Assembly: GCF_009914755.1 (NCBI RefSeq)
Contig: NC_060947.1
DNA length: 64,000 bases
DNA from: the human T2T-CHM13v2.0 reference genome, Homo sapiens
Reading direction: 5' to 3' (one strand)
Notes under the pieces: generated by a model
Databases searched by the model: none
Seen by the model: only the letters and a program-made list of their open reading frames with translations
Told to the model about the DNA's origin: nothing
Program-made: the position numbers and the translations under genes
In this document: piece after piece, positions 38,001-50,000 of the stretch
Layout of the letters: each line of letters begins with the position of its first letter
Position numbering within the stretch: position 1 is the first letter of the stretch

Positions 38001-41000
38001 CGTTTCCAGTGAAATCTTCAAAGAGGTCCACATATCCCCTTGCAGATTCCAAAGAAAGAGGGTTTCAAAACTGCTCCATCAAAAGGATTGTTCAACTCTG
38101 TGAGTTGAATGCACTCATCGCAGAAAACTTTCTGAGAATGCTTCTGTCTAGGTTTGATGTGAAGATATAGACGTTTCAAACGAAGGCTACAAAGTGGTCA
38201 AAATATACACTTGCAGATTCTACTACAAGGGTGTTGCAAACCTGAACTATCAAAGGAAGGTTCAACTCTGTGAGTTGAATACAAACATCACAAAGAATGT
38301 TCTGAGTTTGCTTCCGTTCAGTTATGGGAAGTTGATCCCGTTTCCAACGAAATCCTCAGAGAGGTCCAAATATCCCCTCGCAGATTCTACAAAACGTGTG
38401 TTTGGAAACTGCTCCATCATAACGAATGTTCAGCTCCCTGAGTTAAACTCCATCGTCACAAAGAATTTTCTGAGAGTGCTACCGTCTGGTTTTTATATGA
38501 AGTTCTTTCCTTCACTACCACAGGCCTCAAAGCGGTCCAAATCTCCACTTGCAGATTCTACAAAAAGAGTGTTTGCAAACTGCTCTATCAAAAGGAATGT
38601 TCAACTCTGGGAGTTGAATGCAATCATCACAGAGCAGTTTCTGAGAATGCTTCTATGTCGTTTTTAGGAGAAGATATTTCCTTTTCCAACACAGTCCTCC
38701 AAGCCCGCTAAATAGTCACTTGCACATTGTAGAAAAAGTGTGTCAAAGCTGCGCTATCAAAGGGAAAGTTCAACTCTGTGAGGTGAATGCAAACATCCCA
38801 AAGAAGTTTCTGAGAATGCTTCCGTTTAGCTTTTAGGTGAAGATTATCCCGTTTCCAACGAAACCTTCAAAGAGGTCCAAATATCCCCTTGCGTATCCCA
38901 CAGAAAGAGTGTTTCGAAACTGCTGTTTCAAAAGGAATCTTCAACTCTGTGAGTTGAATGCAATCATCACAAAGAAGTTTCTGACAATGCTTCTCTCTCG
39001 TCTTTCTGTGAAGATAAAGGAAAAGGCTTTCAGGCCTTTTCCACCACAAGCCTGAAAGCGCTCCAAATGTCCACTTGCAGATTCTGCCAAAAGAATATTT
39101 CAAAACTGCTCTATGAAAAGCAATGTTAAACTCTGCGGCTCGAACACAAACATCACAAAGCGGTTTCTGAGAATGCTTCAGTTTAGTTTTTCTGTGGAAA
39201 TATTCCCGTTTCCAAAGAAATCTTCAAAGAGGTCCACGTATCCACTTACAGATTCTACAAAAAGACAGTTTCAAAACTGCTCCATCAAAAGGAGGGTTCA
39301 ACTGTGTGACTTGAATGCAATCATCACTCAGAAGTTTCTGAGAATGCTTCTCTTTAGTTTTTACGTGAACATATACCCGTTTCGAACGAAGGCCACCCAG
39401 TGGTCCAAATATCCACTTGCAGATTCTACAGAAAGAGTGTTTCGAACCTGAACTCTCAAAGGCAGGTTCATCTCTGCGAGTTAAATGCATTCATCATGAA
39501 GAACTTTCTCAGCGTGTTTGTGTTTAGTTATGGGAAATTATTCCCGTTTCCAACGAAATCCTCAAAGAGCTCCAAATATCCACCTGCAGATTCTACCAAA
39601 AGTGTATTTGGAAACTGCTCCATCAAAAGGCATGTTCAGCTCTGTGAGTGAAACTCCATCATCACAAAGAATATTCTGAGAATGCTTCCGTTTGCCTTTT
39701 ATATGAAGTTCCTTCCTATACGACCGTAGGCCTCAAAGCAGTCCAAATCTCAATTTGCAGATTCTACAAAAAGAGTGATTCCAATCTGCTCTATCAATAG
39801 GATTGTTCAACTCCATGAGTTGAATGCCATCCTCACAAAGTAGTTTCTGAGAATGCTTCTATCTAGTTTTTATGTGAAGATATTTCCTTTTCCACCACAG
39901 GCCTCAAAGCCCTCCAAACGTCCACTTGCAGATTCTCGAAAAAGAGTGTTTCATAGCTGCTCTTTCAAAAGGAAAGTTCAACTCTGGCAGTTGAATACAA
40001 ACATCACAAAGTAGTTTCCGAGAATGCTTCTGTTTAGTTTTTATGTGAAGATGATCCCGTTTCCAGTGAAATCTTCAAAGAGGTCCACATATCCCCTTGC
40101 AGATTCCAAAGAAAGAGGGTTTCAAAACTGCTCCATCAGAAGGATTGTTCAACTGTGTGAGTTGAATGCAGTCATCGCAGAAAACTTTCTGAGAATGCTT
40201 CTGTCTAGGTTTGATGTGAAGATATAGACGTTTCAAACGAAGGCTACAAAGTGGTCAAAATATACACTTGCAGATTCTACTACAAGGGTGTTGCAAACCT
40301 GAACTATCAAAGGAAGGTTCAACTCTGTGAGTTGAATACAAACATCACAAAGAATGTTCTGAGTTTGCTTCCGTTCAGTTATGGGAAGTTGATCCCGTTT
40401 CCAACGAAATCCTCAGAGAGGTCCAAATATCCCCTTGCAGATTCTACAAAACGTGTGTTTGGAAACTGCTCCATCATAACGAATGTTCAGCTCCCTGAGT
40501 TAAACTCCATCGTCACAAAGAATTTTCTGAGAGTGCTACCGTCTGGTTTTTATATGAAGTTCTTTCCTTCACTACCACAGGCCTCAAAGCGGTCCAAATC
40601 TCCACTTGCAGATTCTACAAAAAGAGTGTTTGCAAACTGCTCTATCAAAAGGAATGTTCAACTCTGGGAGTTGAATGCAATCATCACAGAGCAGTTTCTG
40701 AGAATGCTTCTATGTCGTTTTTAGGAGAAGATATTTCCTTTTCCAACACAGTCCTCCAAGTCCGCTAAATAGCCACTTGCACATTGTAGAAAAAGTGTGT
40801 CAAAGCTGCGCTATCAAAGGGAAAGTTCAACTCTGTGAGGTGAATGCAAACATCCCAAAGAAGTTTCTGAGAATGCTTCCGTTTAGCTTTTAGGTGAAGA
40901 TTATCCCGTTTCCAACGAAACCTTCAAAGAGGTCCAAATATCCCCTTGCGGATCCCACAGAAAGAGTGTTTCGAAACTGCTGTTTCAAAAGGAATCTTCA

Positions 41001-44000
41001 ACTCTGTGAGTTGAATGCAATCATCACAAAGAAGTTTCTGACAATGCTTCTCTCTCGTCTTTCTGTGAAGATAAAGGAAAAGGCTTTCAGGCCTTTGCAA
41101 CCACAGGCCTGAAAGCGCTCCAAATGTCCACTTGCAGATTCTGCGAAAAGAATATTTCAAAACTGCTCTATGAAAAGCAATGTTAAACTCTGTGGCTCGA
41201 ACACAAACATCACAAAGCAGTTTCTGAGAATGCTTCAGTTTAGTTTTTCTGTGGAAATATTCCCGTTTCCAAAGAAATCTTCAAAGAGGTCCACGCATCC
41301 ACTTACAGATTCTACAAAAAGACAGTTTCAAAACTGCTCCATCAAAAGGAGGGTTCAACTGTGTGACTTGAATGCAATCATCACTCAGAAGTTTCTGAGA
41401 ATGCTTCTCTTTAGTTTTTACGTGAACATATACCCGTTTCGAACGAAGGCCACCCAGTGGTCCAAATATCCACTTGCAGATTATACAGAAAGAGTATTTC
41501 GAACCTGAACTCTCAAAGGCAGGTTCATCTCTGCGAGTTAAATGCATTCATCATGAAGAACTTTCTCAGAGTGTTTGTGTTTAGTTATGGGAAATTATTC
41601 CCGTTTCCAAAGAAATCCTCAGAGAGCTCCAAATATCCACCTGCAGATTCTACCAAAAGTGTATTTGGAAACTGCTCCATCAAAAGGCATGTTCAGCTCT
41701 GTGAGTGAAACTCCATCATCACAAAGAATATTCTGAGAATGCTTCCGTTTGCCTTTTATATGAAGTTCCTTCCTGTACTACCGTAGGCCTCAAAGCAGTC
41801 CAAATCTCCATTTGCAGATTCTATAAAAAGAGTGATTCCAATCTGCTCTATCAATAGGATTGTTCAACTCCATGATTTGAATGCCATCCTCACAAAGTAG
41901 TTTCTGAGAATGCTTCTATCTGGTTTTTGTGTGAAGATATTTCCTTTTCCACCACAGGCCTCAAAGCCCTCCAAACGTCCACTTGCAGATTCTCGAAAAA
42001 GAGTGTTTCATAGCTGCTCTTTCAAAAGGAAAGTTCAACTCTGGCAGTTGAATACAAACATCACAAAGTAGTTTCCGAGAATGCTTCTGTTTAGTTTTTA
42101 TGTGAAGATGATCCCGTTTCCAGTGAAATCTTCAAAGAGGTCCACATATCCCCTTGCAGATTCCAAAGAAAGAGGGTTTCAAAACTGCTCCATCAGAAGG
42201 ATTGTTCAACTGTGTGAGTTGAATGCAGTCATCGCAGAAAACTTTCTGAGAATGCTTCTGTCTAGGTTTGATGTGAAGATATAGACGTTTCAAATGAAGG
42301 CTACAAAGTGGTCAAAATATACACTTGCAGATTCTACTACAAGGGTGTTGCAAACCTGAACTATCAAAGGAAGGTTCAACTCTGTGAGTTGAATACAAAC
42401 ATCACAAAGAATGTTCTGAGTTTGCTTCCGTTCAGTTATGGGAAGTTGATCCCGTTTCCAACGAAATCCTCAGAGAGGTCCAAATATCCCCTTGCAGATT
42501 CTACAAAACGTGTGTTTGGAAACTGCTCCATCATAACGAATGTTCAGCTCCCTGAGTTAAACTCCATCGTCACAAAGAATTTTCTGAGAGTGCTACCGTC
42601 TGGTTTTTATATGAAGTTCTTTCCTTCACTACCACAGGCCTCAAAGCGGTCCAAATCTCCACTTGCAGATTCTACAAAAAGAGTGTTTGCAAACTGCTCT
42701 ATCAAAAGGAATGTTCAACTCTGGGAGTTGAATGCAATCATCACAGAGCAGTTTCTGAGAATGCTTCTATGTCGTTTTTAGGAGAAGATATTTCCTTTTC
42801 CAACACAGTCCTCCAAGTCCGCTAAATAGCCACTTGCACATTGTAGAAAAAGTGTGTCAAAGCTGCGCTATCAAAGGGAAAGTTCAACTCTGTGAGGTGA
42901 ATGCAAACATCCCAAAGAAGTTTCTGAGAATGCTTCCGTTTAGCTTTTAGGTGAAGATTATCCCGTTTCCAACGAAACCTTCAAAGAGGTCCAAATATCC
43001 CCTTGCGGATCCCACAGAAAGAGTGTTTCGAAACTGCTGTTTCAAAAGGAATCTTCAACTCTGTGAGTTGAATGCAATCATCACAAAGAAGTTTCTGACA
43101 ATGCTTCTCTCTCGTCTTTCTGTGAAGATAAAGGAAAAGGCTTTCAGGCCTTTGCAACCACAGGCCTGAAAGCGCTCCAAATGTCCACTTGCAGATTCTG
43201 CGAAAAGAATATTTCAAAACTGCTCTATGAAAAGCAATGTTAAACTCTGTGGCTCGAACACAAACATCACAAAGCAGTTTCTGAGAATGCTTCAGTTTAG
43301 TTTTTCTGTGGAAATATTCCCGTTTCCAAAGAAATCTTCAAAGAGGTCCACGCATCCACTTACAGATTCTACAAAAAGACAGTTTCAAAACTGCTCCATC
43401 AAAAGGAGGGTTCAACTGTGTGACTTGAATGCAATCATCACTCAGAAGTTTCTGAGAATGCTTCTCTTTAGTTTTTACGTGAACATATACCCGTTTCGAA
43501 CGAAGGCCACCCAGTGGTCCAAATATCCACTTGCAGATTATACAGAAAGAGTGTTTCGAACCTGAACTCTCAAAGGCAGGTTCATCTCTGCGAGTTAAAT
43601 GCATTCATCATGAAGAACTTTCTCAGAGTGTTTGTGTTTAGTTATGGGGAATTGTTCCCGTTTCCAACGAAATCCTCAGAGAGCTCCAAATATCCACCTG
43701 CAGATTCTACCAAAAGTGTATTTGGAAACTGCTCCATCAAAAGGCATGTTCAGCTCTGTGAGTGAAACTCCATCATCACAAAGAATATTCTGAGAATGCT
43801 TCCGTTTGCCTTTTATATGAAGTTCCTTCCTGTACTACCGTAGGCCTCAAAGCAGTCCAAATCTCCATTTGCAGATTCTATAAAAAGAGTGATTCCAATC
43901 TGCTCTATCAATAGGATTGTTCAACTCCATGATTTGAATGCCATCCTCACAAAGTAGTTTCTGAGAATGCTTCTATCTGGTTTTTGTGTGAAGATATTTC

Positions 44001-47000
44001 CTTTTCCACCACAGGCCTCAAAGCCCTCCAAACGTCCACTTGCAGATTCTCGAAAAAGAGTGTTTCATAGCTGCTCTTTCAAAAGGAAAGTTCAACTCTG
44101 GGAGTTGAATGCAAACATCACAAAATAGTTTCCGAGAATGCTTCTGTTTAGTTTTTATGTGAAGATGATCCCGTTTCCAGTGAAATCTTCAAAGAGGTCC
44201 ACATATCCCCTTGCAGATTCCAAAGAAAGAGGGTTTCAAAACTGCTCCATCAGAAGGATTGTTCAACTCTGTGAGTTGAATGCAGTCATCGCAGAAAACT
44301 TTCTGAGAATGCTTCTGTCTAGGTTTGATGTGAAGATATAGACGTTTCAAACGAAGGCTACAAAGTGGTCAAAATATACACTTGCAGATTCTACTACAAG
44401 GGTGTTGCAAACCTGAACTATCAAAGGAAGGTTCAACTCTGTGAATTGAATACAAACATCACAAAGAATGTTCTGAGTTTGCTTCCGTTCAGTTATGGGA
44501 AGTTGATCCCGTTTCCAACGAAATCCTCAGAGAGGTCCAAATATCCCCTCGCAGATTCTACAAAACGTGTGTTTGGAAACTGCTCCATCATAACGAATGT
44601 TCAGCTCCCTGAGTTAAACTCCATCGTCACAAAGAATTTTCTGAGAGTGCTACCGTCTGGTTTTTATATGAAGTTCTTTCCTTCACTACCACAGGCCTCA
44701 AAGCGGTCCAAATCTCCACTTGCAGATTCTACAAAAAGAGTGTTTGCAAACTGCTCTATCAAAAGGAATGTTCAACTCTGGGAGTTGAATGCAATCATCA
44801 CAGAGCAGTTTCTGAGAATGCTTCTATGTCGTTTTTAGGAGAAGATATTTCCTTTTCCAACACAGTCCTCCAAGCCCGCTAAATAGCCACTTGCACATTG
44901 AAGAAAAAGTGTGTCAAAGCTGCGCTATCAAAGGGAAAGTTCAACTCTGTGAGGTGAATGCAAACATCCCAAAGAAGTTTCTGAGAATGCTTCCGTTTAG
45001 CTTTTAGGTGAAGATTATCCCGTTTCCAACGAAACCTTCAAAGAGGTCCAAATATCCCCTTGCGGATCCCACAGAAAGAGTGTTTCGAAACTGCTGTTTC
45101 AAAAGGAATCTTCAACTCTGTGAGTTGAATGCAATCATCACAAAGAAGTTTCTGACAATGCTTCTCTCTCGTCTTTCTGTGAAGATAAAGGAAAAGGCTT
45201 TCAGGCCTTTTCCACCACAGGCCTGAAAGCGCTCCAAATGTCCACTTGCAGATTCTGCGAAAAGAATATTTCAAAACTGCTCTATGAAAAGCAATGTTAA
45301 ACTCTGTGGCTCGAACACAAACATCACAAAGCAGTTTCTGAGAATGCTTCAGTTTAGTTTTTCTGTGGAAATATTCCCGTTTCCAAAGAAATCTTCAAAG
45401 AGGTCCACGCATCCACTTACAGATTCTACAAAAAGACAGTTTCAAAACTGCTCCATCAAAAGGAGGGTTCAACTGTGTGACTTGAATGCAATCATCACTC
45501 AGAAGTTTCTGAGAATGCTTCTCTTTAGTTTTTACGTGAACATATACCCGTTTCGAACGAAGGCCACCCAGTGGTCCAAATATCCACTTGCAGATTATAC
45601 AGAAAGAGTGTTTCGAACCTGAACTCTCAAAGGCAGGTTCATCTCTGCGAGTTAAATGCATTCATCATGAAGAACTTTCTCAGAGTGTTTGTGTTTAGTT
45701 ATGGGAAATTATTCCCGTTTCCAACGAAATCCTCAGAGAGCTCCAAATATCCACCTGCAGATTCTACCAAAAGTGTATTTGGAAACTGCTCCATCAAAAG
45801 GCATGTTCAGCTCTGTCAGTGAAACTCCATCATCACAAAGAATATTCTGAGAATGCTTCCGTTTGCCTTTTATATGAAGTTCCTTCCTGTACTACCGTAG
45901 GCCTCAAAGCAGTCCAAATCTCCATTTGCAGATTCTACAAAAAGAGTGATTCCAATCTGCTCTATCAATAGGATTGTTCAACTCCATGAGTTGAATGCCA
46001 TCCTCACAAAGTCGTTTCTGAGAATGCTTCTATCTGGTTTTTGTGTGAAGATATTTCCTTTTCCACCACAGGCCTCAAAGCCCTCCAAACGTCCACTTGC
46101 AGATTCTCGAAAAAGAGTGTTTCATAGCTGCTCTTTCAAAAGGAAAGTTCAACTCTGGGAGTTGAATACAAACATCACAAAATAGTTTCCGAGAATGCTT
46201 CTGTTTAGTTTTTATGTGAAGATGATCCCGTTTCCAGTGAAATCTTCAAAGAGGTCCACATATCCCATTGCAGATTCCAAAGAAAGAGGGTTTCAAAACT
46301 GCTCCATCAGAAGGATTGTTCAACTCTGTGAGTTGAATGCAGTCATCGCAGAAAACTTTCTGAGAATGCTTCTGTCTAGGTTTGATGTGAAGATATAGAC
46401 GTTTCAAACGAAGGCTACAAAGTGGTCAAAATATACACTTGCAGATTCTACTACAAGGGTGTTGCAAACCTGAACTATCAAAGGAAGGTTCAACTCTGTG
46501 AGTTGAATACAAACATCACAAAGAATGTTCTGAGTTTGCTTCCGTTCAGTTATGGGAAGTTGATCCCGTTTCCAACGAAATCCTCAGAGAGGTCCAAATA
46601 TCCCCTCGCAGATTCTACAAAACGTGTGTTTGGAAACTGCTCCATCATAACGAATGTTCAGCTCCCTGAGTTAAACTCCATCGTCACAAAGAATTTTCTG
46701 AGAGTGCTACCGTCTGGTTTTTATATGAAGTTCTTTCCTTCACTACCACAGGCCTCAAAGCGGTCCAAATCTCCACTTGCAGATTCTACAAAAAGAGTGT
46801 TTGCAAACTGCTCTATCAAAAGGAATGTTCAACTCTGGGAGTTGAATGCAATCATCACAGAGCAGTTTCTGAGAATGCTTCTATGTCGTTTTTAGGAGAA
46901 GATATTTCCTTTTCCAACACAGTCCTCCAAGCCCGCTAAATAGCCACTTGCACATTGTAGAAAAAGTGTGTCAAAGCTGCGCTATCAAAGGGAAAGTTCA

Positions 47001-50000
47001 ACTCTGTGAGGTGAATGCAAACATCCCAAAGAAGTTTCTGAGAATGCTTCCGTTTAGCTTTTAGGTGAAGATTATCCCGTTTCCAACGAAACCTTCAAAG
47101 AGGTCCAAATATCCCCTTGCGGATCCCACAGAAAGAGTGTTTCGAAACTGCTGTTTCAAAAGGAATCTTCAACTCTGTGAGTTGAATGCAATCATCACAA
47201 AGAAGTTTCTGACAATGCTTCTCTCTCGTCTTTCTGTGAAGATAAAGGAAAAGGCTTTCAGGCCTTTGCCACCACAGGCCTGAAAGCGCTCCAAATGTCC
47301 ACTTGCAGATTCTGCCAAAAGAATATTTCAAAACTGCTCTATGAAAAGCAATGTTAAACTCTGTGGCTGGAACACAAACATCACAAAGCGGTTTCTGAGA
47401 ATGTTTCAGTTTAGTTTTTCTGTGGAAATATTCCCGTTTCCAAAGAAATCTTCAAAGAGGTCCACGTATCCACTTACAGATTCTACAAAAAGACAGTTTC
47501 AAAACTGCTCCATCAAAAGGAGGGTTCAACTGTGTGACTTGAATGCAATCATCACTCAGAAGTTTCTGAGAATGCTTCTCTTTAGTTTTTACGTGAACAT
47601 ATACCCGTTTCGAACGAAGGCCACCCAGTGGTCCAAATATCCACTTGCAGATTATACAGAAAGAGTGTTTCGAACCTGAACTCTCAAAGGCAGGTTCATC
47701 TCTGCGAGTTAAATGCATTCATCATGAAGAACTTTCTCAGAGTGTTTGTGTTTAGTTATGGGAAATTATTCCCGTTTCCAACGAAATCCTCAGAGAGCTC
47801 CAAATATCCACCTGCAGATTCTACCAAAAGTGTATTTGGAAACTGCTCCATCAAAAGGCATGTTCAGCTCTGTCAGTGAAACTCCATCATCACAAAGAAT
47901 ATTCTGAGAATGCTTCCGTTTGCCTTTTATATGAAGTTCCTTCCTGTACTACCGTAGGCCTCAAAGCAGTCCAAATCTCCATTTGCAGATTCTACAAAAA
48001 GAGTGATTCCAATCTGCTCTATCAATAGGATTGTTCAACTCCATGAGTTGAATGCCATCCTCACAAAGTCGTTTCTGAGAATGCTTCTATCTGGTTTTTG
48101 TGTGAAGATATTTCCTTTTCCACCACAGGCCTCAAAGCCCTCCAAACGTCCACTTGCAGATTCTCGAAAAAGAGTGTTTCATAGCTGCTCTTTCAAAAGG
48201 AAAGTTCAACTCTGGGAGTTGAATACAAACATCACAAAATAGTTTCCGAGAATGCTTCTGTTTAGTTTTTATGTGAAGATGATCCCGTTTCCAGTGAAAT
48301 CTTCAAAGAGGTCCACATATCCCATTGCAGATTCCAAAGAAAGAGGGTTTCAAAACTGCTCCATCAGAAGGATTGTTCAACTCTGTGAGTTGAATGCAGT
48401 CATCGCAGAAAACTTTCTGAGAATGCTTCTGTCTAGGTTTGATGTGAAGATATAGACGTTTCAAACGAAGGCTACAAAGTGGTCAAAATATACACTTGCA
48501 GATTCTACTACAAGGGTGTTGCAAACCTGAACTATCAAAGGAAGGTTCAACTCTGTGAGTTGAATACAAACATCACAAAGAATGTTCTGAGTTTGCTTCC
48601 GTTCAGTTATGGGAAGTTGATCCCGTTTCCAACGAAATCCTCAGAGAGGTCCAAATATCCCCTCGCAGATTCTACAAAACGTGTGTTTGGAAACTGCTCC
48701 ATCATAACGAATGTTCAGCTCCCTGAGTTAAACTCCATCGTCACAAAGAATTTTCTGAGAGTGCTACCGTCTGGTTTTTATATGAAGTTCTTTCCTTCAC
48801 TACCACAGGCCTCAAAGCGGTCCAAATCTCCACTTGCAGATTCTACAAAAAGAGTGTTTGCAAACTGCTCTATCAAAAGGAATGTTCAACTCTGGGAGTT
48901 GAATGCAATCATCACAGAGCAGTTTCTGAGAATGCTTCTATGTCGTTTTTAGGAGAAGATATTTCCTTTTCCAACACAGTCCTCCAAGCCCGCTAAATAG
49001 CCACTTGCACATTGAAGAAAAAGTGTGTCAAAGCTGCGCTATCAAAGGGAAAGTTCAACTCTGTGAGGTGAATGCAAACATCCCAAAGAAGTTTCTGAGA
49101 ATGCTTCCGTTTAGCTTTTAGGTGAAGATTATCCCGTTTCCAACGAAACCTTCAAAGAGGTCCAAATATCCCCTTGCGGATCCCACAGAAAGAGTGTTTC
49201 GAAACTGCTGTTTCAAAAGGAATCTTCAACTCTGTGAGTTGAATGCAATCATCACAAAGAAGTTTCTGACAATGCTTCTCTCTCGTCTTTCTGTGAAGAT
49301 AAAGGAAAAGGCTTTCAGGCCTTTTCCACCACAGGCCTGAAAGCGCTCCAAATGTCCACTTGCAGATTCTGCGAAAAGAATATTTCAAAACTGCTCTATG
49401 AAAAGCAATGTTAAACTCTGTGGCTCGAACACAAACATCACAAAGCAGTTTCTGAGAATGCTTCAGTTTAGTTTTTCTGTGGAAATATTCCCGTTTCCAA
49501 AGAAATCTTCAAAGAGGTCCACGCATCCACTTACAGATTCTACAAAAAGACAGTTTCAAAACTGCTCCATCAAAAGGAGGGTTCAACTGTGTGACTTGAA
49601 TGCAATCATCACTCAGAAGTTTCTGAGAATGCTTCTCTTTAGTTTTTACGTGAACATATACCCGTTTCGAACGAAGGCCACCCAGTGGTCCAAATATCCA
49701 CTTGCAGATTATACAGAAAGAGTGTTTCGAACCTGAACTCTCAAAGGCAGGTTCATCTCTGCGAGTTAAATGCATTCATCATGAAGAACTTTCTCAGAGT
49801 GTTTGTGTTTAGTTATGGGAAATTATTCCCGTTTCCAACGAAATCCTCAGAGAGCTCCAAATATCCACCTGCAGATTCTACCAAAAGTGTATTTGGAAAC
49901 TGCTCCATCAAAAGGCATGTTCAGCTCTGTCAGTGAAACTCCATCATCACAAAGAATATTCTGAGAATGCTTCCGTTTGCCTTTTATATGAAGTTCCTTC

